Below are positions 12,048 through 21,768 of a DNA stretch of 64,000 nucleotides, piece by piece. The DNA comes from Ignavibacteria bacterium. GTDB lineage: Bacteria > Bacteroidota > Ignavibacteria > Kapaibacteriales > UBA2268. The notes beneath the pieces were generated by a model that worked only from the letters and a program-made list of their open reading frames with translations, was not told the origin of the DNA and did not search any database. The stretch lies in the NCBI GenBank assembly GCA_031261605.1, contig JAISJI010000055.1, positions 12,844 to 76,843 on the forward strand, written 5' to 3'. Position 1 is the first letter of the stretch, and every line of letters starts with the position of its first letter. The position numbers were made by a program, and so were the translations under genes.

Positions 12048-13085
12048 ATGGCAACGGCAATTTATAGTGGCGCACGAGTACGCACTAATATTCCAGCAGA
12101 GAACGCATACAATGCACTATCATCGGCTGGACAAAAGATCGCAACCGGTCAATTACGTCTTTCCACAGGAAAGAGAATCAATTCAGCAGCAGACGATGTT
12201 GCTGGTTACATTACATCCAAATCATTAGCGGCAAGAAATGGTTCGCTAAAGGCAGCAAAGACCGCAGCCGGCGATGCAAAGAATGTAACAGCTATTGCAC
12301 AAGATTCATTAGAGCAAATTACAGATTTGCTTACACAGATTAAGGATTCCGCAGCACAAGCAAGTGCTGGTGCATTAGGCACAGACGAAAAGATTTCCCT
12401 CGCAAAAGGTGCTTTCCGTCTTGCACAACAGATACAGTTTATTACTGACTCTACCGTATTCGGCGGTCAGCAATTACTACAAGGCAACTACTCGGGTAAC
12501 TGGGTAACAGGTTATAGCGCAGTAAATGACTTAATGACTATTGGTGTAGACCTTGCGTTTGCAACTGGTGGTGCTAAAAATGGTGGTTCATTTGCTGATT
12601 CTTCCAAAAAGAACGATAGTTTGTATAATATACAAACCGGCACTGCAGCATTCTTTGACTTAAATGCTACATACGACCAGCTTACTACTAACCTTGGTTC
12701 TCCCACCACAGTTGTTGGCTCAAATCACTTTGGTGGTATCACCGGATTGAACTTAGGAGAATTAGATTCTGTTTCATCTTCAAACCTAGGCATATTCAGT
12801 TCAGACAAAGTTCAGACAACAATGAAGAGTATCACAGAAGCAATCAATAACGTAAACAAAGTAGCGACTTATCTTGGTGGCATTCAAGTGAGATTAAACT
12901 CACAGGAAGAAACTTTGACAAGCCAGATAACTAACTACAAGTCAGCAATCTCCAGAATAGAGGATGCAGACGTAGCATCAGAACAAATGAGTTTAATTCA
13001 AGCACAATTCTTACAAAGTGCTTCATTAACTTCATTAGCACAAGCGAACCAGAATCCAGAGCAATTCTTGCAATTGCTACGATAG
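12048..13085 (+). CDS. fliC: flagellin (paralog 2)
   Basis: Same conserved termini as paralog 1; variable central region. Confidence 0.9.
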   Translation: MATAIYSGARVRTNIPAENAYNALSSAGQKIATGQLRLSTGKRINSAADDVAGYITSKSLAARNGSLKAAKTAAGDAKNVTAIAQDSLEQITDLLTQIKDSAAQASAGALGTDEKISLAKGAFRLAQQIQFITDSTVFGGQQLLQGNYSGNWVTGYSAVNDLMTIGVDLAFATGGAKNGGSFADSSKKNDSLYNIQTGTAAFFDLNATYDQLTTNLGSPTTVVGSNHFGGITGLNLGELDSVSSSNLGIFSSDKVQTTMKSITEAINNVNKVATYLGGIQVRLNSQEETLTSQITNYKSAISRIEDADVASEQMSLIQAQFLQSASLTSLAQANQNPEQFLQLLR

Positions 13086-13107
13086 TATCAATGAAATTGA
13101 ATTTGTA

Positions 13108-13130
13108 GGGGTTCAAAATTTTGAGCCCCT
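13108..13130 (+). terminator. stem-loop / terminator after flagellin 2 (GGGGTTCAAAATTTTGAGCCCC)
   Basis: Inverted repeat read directly; weak T-tract. Confidence 0.5.
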
Positions 13131-13166
13131 GCAATATTCGTAATTTATATTAGAAGGTAAAATATT

Positions 13167-14174
13167 ATGGCATCAGCAATGTATAGTGGCGGCAGAGTCC
13201 GCACAAATATGCCAGCAATGAACGCCTACAATGCTTTGATAAAAGCAGGACAGGATATTGCGATGGCACAATTACGCTTATCTACCGGAAAGCGTATCAA
13301 TTCAGCTGCTGATGATGTGGCTGGATATATAACATCACGTTCATTAATGGCTCGCAATGGTTCATTAAGAGTGGCTAAGCAAGCAGCAGGTGATGCAAAA
13401 AATGTAACAGCTATTGCACAGGATTCACTGGAACAAATTGGAGACATACTTACACAGATTAAGGATTCAGCCGCACAAGCAAGTGCAGGTGCATTAGGCA
13501 CAGACGAAAAAATCTCTTTGGCAAAGAGCGCCTTCCGTTTAGCACAACAAATCCAATTTATTACTGATTCTACTGTATTCGGCGGACATTCGCTGTTGGA
13601 TGGGAATTTCAAGGGAGATTGGGTGACAGGTTACTCTGCCAACAATAATATAATGACCATCGGTATAGACCTGAATTTCAATAATGCAGGTAGTTACGGT
13701 AGTGTATCGGCAAAGAATAATAGTATGTATAATGTTGTAAGTGGAAGTGCCAATCCGTTCAGTTTGAATGCTACAGGCGACCAATTAGGTAGCAATGCTA
13801 CTGCGTCTGGTTCATTTGGTGGCGTTACCGGATTAAACTTAAAGGATTTAGATAGTGTGTCAGCGGATGACCTTGGAATATTCTCTGCAGAGAATATTCA
13901 GACAACGCTTAAGAGTTTGAGTATAGCAATTAACAACGTAAATAAAGTAGCAACATATTTAGGAGGTATACAAGTGAGATTGGATTCACAGGAACAAACC
14001 CTAACAAGCCAGATAACAAATTATAAATCGGCTATTTCACGTATAGAAGATACCGACATAGCGGAAACTCAAATGAAATTGATACAAGCGCAATTCTTAC
14101 AAAATGCTTCATTAATATCATTAGCACAAGCGAATCAAAATCCGAATGATTTTTTGTCGCTATTACGTGGATAA
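13167..14174 (+). CDS. fliC: flagellin (paralog 3)
   Basis: LRLSTGKRINSAADDVAGY ... LAQANQNPNDFLSLLRG; more diverged N-terminus (MASAMYSGGRVRTNMPAMNAY). Confidence 0.9.
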   Translation: MASAMYSGGRVRTNMPAMNAYNALIKAGQDIAMAQLRLSTGKRINSAADDVAGYITSRSLMARNGSLRVAKQAAGDAKNVTAIAQDSLEQIGDILTQIKDSAAQASAGALGTDEKISLAKSAFRLAQQIQFITDSTVFGGHSLLDGNFKGDWVTGYSANNNIMTIGIDLNFNNAGSYGSVSAKNNSMYNVVSGSANPFSLNATGDQLGSNATASGSFGGVTGLNLKDLDSVSADDLGIFSAENIQTTLKSLSIAINNVNKVATYLGGIQVRLDSQEQTLTSQITNYKSAISRIEDTDIAETQMKLIQAQFLQNASLISLAQANQNPNDFLSLLRG

Positions 14175-14213
14175 AATAATAAATACTTAAAACAACAATA
14201 ATTTAAATTTAAA

Positions 14214-14249
14214 TGGGGTTCAAAATAATTTTGAACCCCATTATTTTTG
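14214..14249 (+). terminator. rho-independent terminator after flagellin 3 (GGGGTTCAAAATAATTTTGAACCCC + T-tract)
   Basis: Perfect 11-bp stem, followed by ATTATTTTT. Confidence 0.7.
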
Positions 14250-14273
14250 TGAGTGATATTGAATTGCATTTAA

Positions 14274-15731
14274 TTATGCGTGATATGCTTCCAATTCTTT
14301 TATAAGAGTGGATATTTCCTGCATTTTATCTGCTATTTCTATATCTTGCGGGCATTTAGGTAAGCATTCTCTACAGAAGGTGCATTTTACTGCTTGCTGC
14401 TTGGCTGGTATTTTATTCATCTTACCGAGATAGATTCTACGGCTTCTTTCAAACTCTTTTTTATCTCTGCTGCTGTTGCGCAAATCATCTAAGTTAGGGA
14501 GATTGCCTTCGGTAATACATTCGTTATGCACGCGAAAAACTTCGGCAATGTGTATGCCTGCAGGGCAAGGTGGAGAGACGCAATAGTCGCAATATGTGCA
14601 AGGAATTGGTGATGTCTTGTTATACGCAGCGAGTGCAGTTTCAATCACCTTTCTATCTTGCTCTGATAATTCTTTGAAGTCGGACATCGTTTTTACATTA
14701 TCCACAACTTGCTCCATAGTAGACATACCGCTTAGCACATTCAATGTATTTGGCAGAGAGGCACACCAACGAATAGCCCAAGATGCAACACTCATATCGG
14801 GAGCAGCATCGGTAAATACTTTGCACGCTTGCGGAGTAAGAGTGGCTAGCATTCCTCCACGAACTGGCTCCATATAAATGGCTTGGATACCGCGTTTATT
14901 TAATTCGTCATATAGGAATTTTCCATCAATGCTCCAATCGTAATAGTTGTTCTGTATCATACAGAAGTCCCATTTGTATTGGTCTGCTAGTGCCGGAAAT
15001 TCTTCTGCTGGTCCGTGGAATGAGAAGCCGAGACGCTTGATGCGTCCATTTGATTTTTCACTAATTAAGTATTCCAATCCGCCGGTATCTTTATATGATT
15101 CTGTGAATTGCGCGAGCGAACGCAATGAATGCAGGAAGAAGAAATCAATATATTCAACTTGACATCTCTGCAACTGCAATGCAAATATTTCTTTTGTGCG
15201 TTCCAGTGGGTCAGTGCTTTTGACTAATCCATTTGGGTCTGTTCCGAGTATCGCCGGAGTTGGCATCTTTGTAGCGAGGTAAAAACTTTCTCTTGGATAA
15301 CGCTTCAATGCTTTGCCGACAAATGGTTCAGACATACCTTTATGGTAGAACCACGCTGTATCGAAGTAATTCACGCCATTTTTGTATGCGTAGTCAATCA
15401 TATCCAATGCAAGCGGTTCATTGATGCTTCCTTTGTCGTTTTCATCCAATATAGGAAGTCGCATATTGCCGAATCCGAGTAGCGATATTTGAGCATCACT
15501 TACTTTGTCCTTGCGTTTAATTACGGATAGTAGCGTGGATTTTTCTAAATCTGCTTTTTCTCCGAGTGGAGTAAATTTCACTCCGCAATACACAGCAGCA
15601 ACACCGACAGCACCAATACCGAGGTATTTTAGAGCGGAGCGACGAGACATTTTTTTGTCATCAGCACTTTTGTTATTATCGGCTTGGCTATCAGAATTAT
15701 TATTGTTATTGTTTTCGTCCATATTTGTCAA
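14274..15731 (-). CDS. Tat-signal aldo/keto reductase family oxidoreductase with C-terminal 4Fe-4S dicluster domain
   Basis: Twin-arginine motif SRRSALKYLGIG near the N-terminus; AKR-like core; two CxxCxxCxxxCP motifs (CTYCDYCVSPPCP, CTFCRECLPKCP). Confidence 0.7.
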   Translation of the reverse strand: MTNMDENNNNNNSDSQADNNKSADDKKMSRRSALKYLGIGAVGVAAVYCGVKFTPLGEKADLEKSTLLSVIKRKDKVSDAQISLLGFGNMRLPILDENDKGSINEPLALDMIDYAYKNGVNYFDTAWFYHKGMSEPFVGKALKRYPRESFYLATKMPTPAILGTDPNGLVKSTDPLERTKEIFALQLQRCQVEYIDFFFLHSLRSLAQFTESYKDTGGLEYLISEKSNGRIKRLGFSFHGPAEEFPALADQYKWDFCMIQNNYYDWSIDGKFLYDELNKRGIQAIYMEPVRGGMLATLTPQACKVFTDAAPDMSVASWAIRWCASLPNTLNVLSGMSTMEQVVDNVKTMSDFKELSEQDRKVIETALAAYNKTSPIPCTYCDYCVSPPCPAGIHIAEVFRVHNECITEGNLPNLDDLRNSSRDKKEFERSRRIYLGKMNKIPAKQQAVKCTFCRECLPKCPQDIEIADKMQEISTLIKELEAYHA

Positions 15732-15759
15732 TAAATTATGTTTTTAATATTTGTTTTGT

Positions 15760-16896
15760 TTATAATAGGAATGCAAAAACTGCATCTACTAGCACTATTA
15801 GAAAGATAGATGTAACAACGCTTGATGTCGTATATCTACCGACGCTTTCAGCCCCCCCACTCACTTGGAAGCCCTTGAAGCAGCCGACTACAGCAATGAT
15901 ACCGCCGAAGATGAAGCTTTTGAATATTCCACCAAGCACATCGGCATAAGATAGTGAGGAGTCAAGTAGTTCCATTTGGAATTCGGCGAAGTTAATGTTT
16001 AGCACAGCATTCCCGGCAAAGTAGCCACCGATAATACCGGCAATATTGCAGATGCTTACCATTAGCGGTAACGATATGATTGTGGCTATAAGACGTGGGA
16101 ATACTAAGAAATACTGTTTATCGAATCCGAAGGATGTTAGCGCATCCACTTCATCAGATACACGCATCGTTCCGATTTCCGCAGTGAAGGCAGAGCCGGT
16201 TCTACCAGCAATGATAATGCCAACCATCAGTGGAGATAGTTCGCGTGTAACAGCAATGCCGACAAGTGAAGCGAGGAATGAGCCAACCCCAAAGCGTGAG
16301 AGTTGCAAAGCACCGACATAGCCAATGATTATGCCGATGAGGAACACTATTAGCAAGCATATACCGATGGAATTAACGCCTACGCGGATGAGGAAGTTTG
16401 GCAATTCTGTCCATCTAACTTGCGAGAAGTTTTTCGGTAATGTTACAATGTGAATAGCGACATCGCCAATAAATTCTACGAATTTGAGTAAGTCGCTACA
16501 TACTGTTTTGGCACTGTTTCCAAGTCCTTCAAAAAATGCGGTGAATATATTTTTCTTTTCTTTGCGTAACTTTCCTGGTTTGTGGGATGCTAAGTATGAT
16601 TGGTAACTATCAAAGAATTCGTTTTCACTAACGACAACGAGATGGATAGAGTTCATCTTGCAATACTGTTTCAATTGCTCTACCATTATGTATAGGAAAC
16701 TATCGAAAATTAATTTGCTATCTATTTTCACAGATAGAGAAGACAAGCCGGCGAATTCTTTATTGTAATCGAATAGGTTAAAGTAACCGCTATTGGAATA
16801 TGTAGCCGGAGCCACAATATCAATAGCAGCAGTATCGCCCATTCTATTAAATAGAATGTAATCGCTTACGTTTACTTTCTTTTTATTAATTTTCAT
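15760..16896 (-). CDS. MlaE-family ABC transporter permease with N-terminal STAS-like domain
   Basis: C-terminal half is polytopic with the MlaE/Ttg2B-like conserved region; overall architecture is inferred. Confidence 0.6.
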   Translation of the reverse strand: MKINKKKVNVSDYILFNRMGDTAAIDIVAPATYSNSGYFNLFDYNKEFAGLSSLSVKIDSKLIFDSFLYIMVEQLKQYCKMNSIHLVVVSENEFFDSYQSYLASHKPGKLRKEKKNIFTAFFEGLGNSAKTVCSDLLKFVEFIGDVAIHIVTLPKNFSQVRWTELPNFLIRVGVNSIGICLLIVFLIGIIIGYVGALQLSRFGVGSFLASLVGIAVTRELSPLMVGIIIAGRTGSAFTAEIGTMRVSDEVDALTSFGFDKQYFLVFPRLIATIISLPLMVSICNIAGIIGGYFAGNAVLNINFAEFQMELLDSSLSYADVLGGIFKSFIFGGIIAVVGCFKGFQVSGGAESVGRYTTSSVVTSIFLIVLVDAVFAFLL

Positions 16897-16988
16897 AACT
16901 TTAAATTTACTAATTTTATTGCAAATAACTATTATTGTTCACTAATTATTTATCTTTGTTATATAATTTATTAAAAAGAAACAAATAA

Positions 16989-19127
16989 ATGCAATTAGAA
17001 GAACAAATAATAGAAATACTTACATCGGCAACTGATTTAGTTAGATTGTTAGATATATCTAAAGCACTGCATATAAAGTCGGATACTCCGGAATATGATG
17101 AGTTAGTAGCAACGCTGAACTCGCTGGCTGAGGATGGAATAATAGAGAGACATAGTCGCAGACGCTTCTCTATATCGGAAGTGCCACAAGCAAAGCAAAC
17201 TCAAACATTTGCAAATGGGATTATTGGCATTCTACATTTAGCAGAGAATTCTGGTATAGTGGAAACCGAAGATGCGGATTATCCATCTATCGTTATACCA
17301 AATAAACTCCTTAACACTGCCCTTGATGGCGATGAAGTGAGAGTGAAATTAATTTTACAGAAGCAAAAGAAAACTCCTCGCGGAGAAATCATTGATGTTG
17401 TTAATCGCAACAATAGGACTATTGCTGGAACGGTGGAATTTGATGGCGACTTCTACTTCCTTGTGCCGGATAACGATTCGCTTGATATTGACTTCCTTAT
17501 TCCAATGAAAGACCTACTTGGTGCAAGGAATGGCGATAAAGCGATTGCGGAATTCGTTCGGTGGGATAATCCAAATAAGAATCCACAAGTTCGGATACTT
17601 GAAATTATTGGCAGAGCCGGCGAGCCGGTTGTAGAATACGAAACAATTCTTATAGAATATGGATTAGTAGAAGCATTTCCTAATGATGTATTGCACGAAA
17701 TTAAGAATGTAAAACAGCCGAACAATAAGGAAGTGCCCGATAGATTGGATTTGCGGAATGAAGCAGTTATTACCATTGACCCAGTAACAGCAAGGGATTT
17801 TGATGATGCGCTTTCGTTACAACAATTGGAGAATGGCAATTACCAAATTGGCGTTCATATTGCCGATGTCAGCTACTATGTAGGTGAAGGAACAGCACTC
17901 GACAAAGAAGCGTATAGACGTGGAAATAGCGTCTATCTTGTGGATAGAGTTGTGCCTATGCTTCCTGAGAAATTGAGCAATGAAATATGCTCTCTCAATC
18001 CGGATGTAGTGCGTTATACGTTCACTGTGCTGATGGAATTGGATGACAATTTAGAAGTGGTTGCGTATAACATTACGCCATCTATGATTAAGAGTTGTCG
18101 TAGATTTGATTACGATGAGGTGCAGGATATTATAGATACCGGTGTGGGTGATTGTGCCGAATTAGTTTTGTCGCTACATAACCTCACAAAGCGCATCAGA
18201 GAAAAACGTATCGCTACCGGAAGTATCAACTACGATACCAAAGAAATTAAATATATACTTGGAAACGATAAGTATCCGATAGATGTAGAAATACATAAGA
18301 CCACTGAATCTACGGCACTTGTAGAGGAATGTATGCTTCTTGCAAATAAAACGGTAGCGATTCATATTAAGAAAATATCCAAGCAGATGGGATTGTCTGA
18401 TACACTTCCATTTCTCTATCGTATCCACGATAAGCCAAAGGAAGAGTCGCTTGTTGCGGCATTTGATTTCATTAAATTGCTCGGCTATAATGTGAGTAAG
18501 AATAATATTACACCTGCTTCTATCAATGCGATATTGGATGAGGTTCGCTGGACACCATATAACTCCGTAGTCAATCAGGTGTTGATTCGTTCAATGGCGA
18601 AAGCCGTGTATTCCCCAATAAACATTGGTCATTACGGATTAGGTTTCTCCTATTATTCTCATTTCACTTCACCAATACGCCGTTATCCCGACCTTGTAGT
18701 GCATCGCTTGTTGCGAGAATACGCTACTAGTAAGCCCGATGCTAAGCGAATACACCAACTTACATCTATGTTGCCAAAAGTTGCGGAGCATACAACACAA
18801 ACAGAACGCACTGCAATGGAAGCAGAACGCGCCTCCAATAAATTAGCCGCAGTAATTTATGCGTCATCTATGGTTGGCGAGGTCTTTGAGGGAACGATTA
18901 CAGGAGTGGTGCAATATGGAGTGTTTGTTCTGCTTGATTCTATATATTGCGAAGGTCTATTGCACACGCGAGATATGAAAGATGACTATTATCAATTTGA
19001 TGAGAAGAGGATGCGGATAACCGGCAGACATACCAAGCAAACGTATTCGCTTGGTGGGAATGTCAGAGTTAAGATAACGAAAGTCAGTATGGACAAGCGT
19101 GTAATTGATTTAGAAATGGTTGTGTAG
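16989..19127 (+). CDS. rnr: ribonuclease R (RNB family exoribonuclease with C-terminal S1 domain)
   Basis: 712 aa; RNB catalytic region (ITIDPVTARDFDDALS, YRIHDKP, HFTSPIRRYPDLVVHRLL) and C-terminal S1-like domain. Confidence 0.9.
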   Translation: MQLEEQIIEILTSATDLVRLLDISKALHIKSDTPEYDELVATLNSLAEDGIIERHSRRRFSISEVPQAKQTQTFANGIIGILHLAENSGIVETEDADYPSIVIPNKLLNTALDGDEVRVKLILQKQKKTPRGEIIDVVNRNNRTIAGTVEFDGDFYFLVPDNDSLDIDFLIPMKDLLGARNGDKAIAEFVRWDNPNKNPQVRILEIIGRAGEPVVEYETILIEYGLVEAFPNDVLHEIKNVKQPNNKEVPDRLDLRNEAVITIDPVTARDFDDALSLQQLENGNYQIGVHIADVSYYVGEGTALDKEAYRRGNSVYLVDRVVPMLPEKLSNEICSLNPDVVRYTFTVLMELDDNLEVVAYNITPSMIKSCRRFDYDEVQDIIDTGVGDCAELVLSLHNLTKRIREKRIATGSINYDTKEIKYILGNDKYPIDVEIHKTTESTALVEECMLLANKTVAIHIKKISKQMGLSDTLPFLYRIHDKPKEESLVAAFDFIKLLGYNVSKNNITPASINAILDEVRWTPYNSVVNQVLIRSMAKAVYSPINIGHYGLGFSYYSHFTSPIRRYPDLVVHRLLREYATSKPDAKRIHQLTSMLPKVAEHTTQTERTAMEAERASNKLAAVIYASSMVGEVFEGTITGVVQYGVFVLLDSIYCEGLLHTRDMKDDYYQFDEKRMRITGRHTKQTYSLGGNVRVKITKVSMDKRVIDLEMVV

Positions 19128-19133
19128 TTTGTA

Positions 19134-19358
19134 ATGAACAGAGCGAGCGTATGGATGGGAGACAATTTAAAAGTATTGCGAGCGGTTAATGGCGATAAGA
19201 TAAGATTTGAAGAATACTATGGAAATCCGATTAATTTTGATAACTTATTACATAGAATAGATTTTGGTAATAGAATAAGTGGAGAAGGATTTATTAGTGT
19301 AGTGGTTGACGATAAGAACGCAAGGATTGCAGCAAAGATGCAAAAAATGGGGTATTAA
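19134..19358 (+). CDS. small hypothetical protein
   Basis: 74-aa ORF immediately after rnr; no recognisable family. Confidence 0.3.
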   Translation: MNRASVWMGDNLKVLRAVNGDKIRFEEYYGNPINFDNLLHRIDFGNRISGEGFISVVVDDKNARIAAKMQKMGY

Positions 19359-19686
19359 ATTTGGTAGTTTCATAAAAAACTATTATACTGTGTTTTGTTT
19401 AACTAATCATATTATGGATTATGAAAAAATTATTACCATCACCAATATTATTAATTATTGCTACTATACATGCTATTATATTCGGGCGGAGGATAGACCC
19501 ATTAACAATGGCAAATTGGTCGGAAAGACATTTGACGAGACGTGAAAGAAGGTTATTTTTCTTTTGTCGGAGGATGGTGCTCCGTCGGAGGGCGATGCAC
19601 CCAATCAGACGAATTAGTTGTTGGTGTATTTTGAGAATTCCTAATTTTAAAATATAGAAAATAAATAGATAAACTGGGGAGTATAA

Positions 19687-19718
19687 TATACTCCCCATAT
19701 TTTATTTTACAAGAATAT
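19687..19718. terminator. bidirectional-looking terminator hairpin GGGGAGTATAATATACTCCCC + T-tract
   Basis: Perfect 9-bp stem with T-rich tail; lies between convergent genes. Confidence 0.6.
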
Positions 19719-19792
19719 AACCTTGCGAAATCCACCTATTCAAATCGGCTTCAAACGTAACTCCCCAGAAGTGCTTGCTCTGAAGCGGAAAT

Positions 19793-20860
19793 TTACAATG
19801 ATGTAGGGCTATAGATTTGGTTGTAAATTAGGATTAAATTCTCTTGTTCTTTGGCAGTTGCTAATTCATCTGCAAGCGCAATTAATTTCGCAAATCTGTT
19901 AAGAGCATCGGCATAAAACTTGAAAAGCGGATTTTTAGTATACTGCAAAAGCGCCGGTAATACAAGATTAGATGTGTTACCGGACACAATAGAATTTGGG
20001 ATTTCCTTTTTTATATAGAAACTAATGGTCTCCTCAGTTGCAACACTATAATCCTTATAATGATATGCAGTTGCAATTTCTTCATAAGTCCTATTATTTA
20101 TGATATAACTATTTTCATTTGGAATAAGTAGGAATGCACTAAACGCTTCCAATGGATGCGAACGAATGTCATCATAGAGCATTGTAAGTATCTGCACCAT
20201 ATCATAACCAATACATTCCGAAATACGTTGCGGGTTGTTATCAAATTCTTTTTGTAAATCTTTATTATACTTGAGGCGTTCGAATACAGGAAAAATAAAT
20301 AGCGACAAGTTTTTCAATCTATCGTAATACTTCATTTTGAATTGGTAACTGGAATCATCAAAAGTTGGCTTGCCGGCTGGAGTGTTTGTTTGTCTAATTG
20401 TAGGAGGTTCTCTTTTGGGTAATTCATTTCCATACGGCTCAGCCGGCTTGCTATTAAGGATTTTACCATTGAGGATTTTTTTATTTTTCTCTACCATTAC
20501 CTCGAAATCGTCTTTAGACATACACAAATACTTAATGCCATTAATAATACCAATGAATGCAGGGATGCCAGTCCAGCAGAATAACAAATACGGAGAACCT
20601 TCATCACAAAGATAATACTTATGAATGCCGAACGAGCCAAATAGAAAAGCCAGCACCGCTGCTTTCGTTTTTGACTTATTGTTATCAATATTATTCATAG
20701 AATATTTATCTAATGCTTCAGCAATTACAGCAAAGCACATTATTGCAACAATTATGAATATAATGATTCCAATAACAGATGGGGTATCGCCATAATATAT
20801 AGAAAAAATCATATATGACGTATAACAAATGAAGCATACTGCAACCAAAAAGTTTTTCAT
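19793..20860 (-). CDS. TM2-domain membrane protein
   Basis: Central region LAFLFGSFGIHKYYLCDEGSPYLLFCWTGIPAFIGIINGI resembles the TM2 domain; N-terminal TM helices. Confidence 0.5.
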   Translation of the reverse strand: MKNFLVAVCFICYTSYMIFSIYYGDTPSVIGIIIFIIVAIMCFAVIAEALDKYSMNNIDNNKSKTKAAVLAFLFGSFGIHKYYLCDEGSPYLLFCWTGIPAFIGIINGIKYLCMSKDDFEVMVEKNKKILNGKILNSKPAEPYGNELPKREPPTIRQTNTPAGKPTFDDSSYQFKMKYYDRLKNLSLFIFPVFERLKYNKDLQKEFDNNPQRISECIGYDMVQILTMLYDDIRSHPLEAFSAFLLIPNENSYIINNRTYEEIATAYHYKDYSVATEETISFYIKKEIPNSIVSGNTSNLVLPALLQYTKNPLFKFYADALNRFAKLIALADELATAKEQENLILIYNQIYSPTSL

Positions 20861-20897
20861 AATGAATTAATCTCGCAATAGAAATTCCAATAAAAAA

Positions 20898-21641
20898 TTA
20901 TACTGTCATACCGCCATCTACACTTAGGACAGTTCCGTTTATGTAAGATGCCTCCGATGAAGATAGGAATAGGTAAGCAGCGGCAATGTCTTCCGGTGTT
21001 CCTAATCTTGCAACAGGAACTTTAGCAACCATAGATTTAATAACATCTTCCGGCATTTTAGCAACCATTTCGGTATTGATAAATCCGGGAGCAATCGCAT
21101 TTACAGTTATTCCTTTGCGACCAAGTTCTCTAGCCCATGTTTTAGTCATACCGATGAGACCGGACTTCGTAGCAACATAGTTCGTTTGCCCGAAATTACC
21201 ATACAGCCCAACGACAGAAGAAGCATTTACAATTCTGCCGTAGCTATTTTTTAGCATATAGTCGGAGATAATTTTTGTGCAGTAGAACACTCCAGTTAGA
21301 TTGACATCAATGACTTGCTGCCATTGCTCTATGGTCATTTTTTTGAGTGTGCTATCGCGAGTAATGCCGGCGTTATTGATAAGGATGTCGATAGCACCAA
21401 ATTTGTCAAATACATTTTTGGCAGCGAGTTCAATCTCATCATACTTGGCTGTATTGACTTTTGCGAAAGAGGCGTTAAGTCCTTTGGCTGTAAGTTCATT
21501 AGCGAATTCGTTGCCACGGGTTTCGTCTAAATCCCAGATAACAACTTTTGCACCTTCATTAGCAAAGAGGGATGCAGTTGCCTTGCCGATACCAGCAGCA
21601 CCGCCAGTAATAATAGCGACTTTATTTTCTAATCTTTTCAT
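20898..21641 (-). CDS. fabG: 3-oxoacyl-[acyl-carrier-protein] reductase (SDR family)
   Basis: VAIITGGAAGIGKA Rossmann motif, catalytic YxxxK (YVATKSGLIGMTK), 247 aa. Confidence 0.85.
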   Translation of the reverse strand: MKRLENKVAIITGGAAGIGKATASLFANEGAKVVIWDLDETRGNEFANELTAKGLNASFAKVNTAKYDEIELAAKNVFDKFGAIDILINNAGITRDSTLKKMTIEQWQQVIDVNLTGVFYCTKIISDYMLKNSYGRIVNASSVVGLYGNFGQTNYVATKSGLIGMTKTWARELGRKGITVNAIAPGFINTEMVAKMPEDVIKSMVAKVPVARLGTPEDIAAAYLFLSSSEASYINGTVLSVDGGMTV

Positions 21642-21768
21642 AGTATTGGTTATTTAATTATTGATACAATATTAGTTATATGCAATTTACAAAAATAATT
21701 CGTATTATTTATAATATAGATACAAAATAGTATGATAATTTTTCCACATAATTTAGTTAATTTGCAGT

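Noticed and set aside
13104-14249. GGGGTTCAAAAT...CCCC hairpins as tRNA-like T-arm (GGTTCAAAT)
   Set aside because: No acceptor / D / anticodon arms around them; they are simple terminator hairpins following the flagellin genes.
19421-19657. ORF with a signal-peptide-like start MKKLLPSPILLIIATIHAIIFG
   Set aside because: The remainder is Arg-rich low-complexity sequence (RRERRLFFFCRRMVLRRRAM) in a GC-rich, probably structured region; unlikely to be a real protein.
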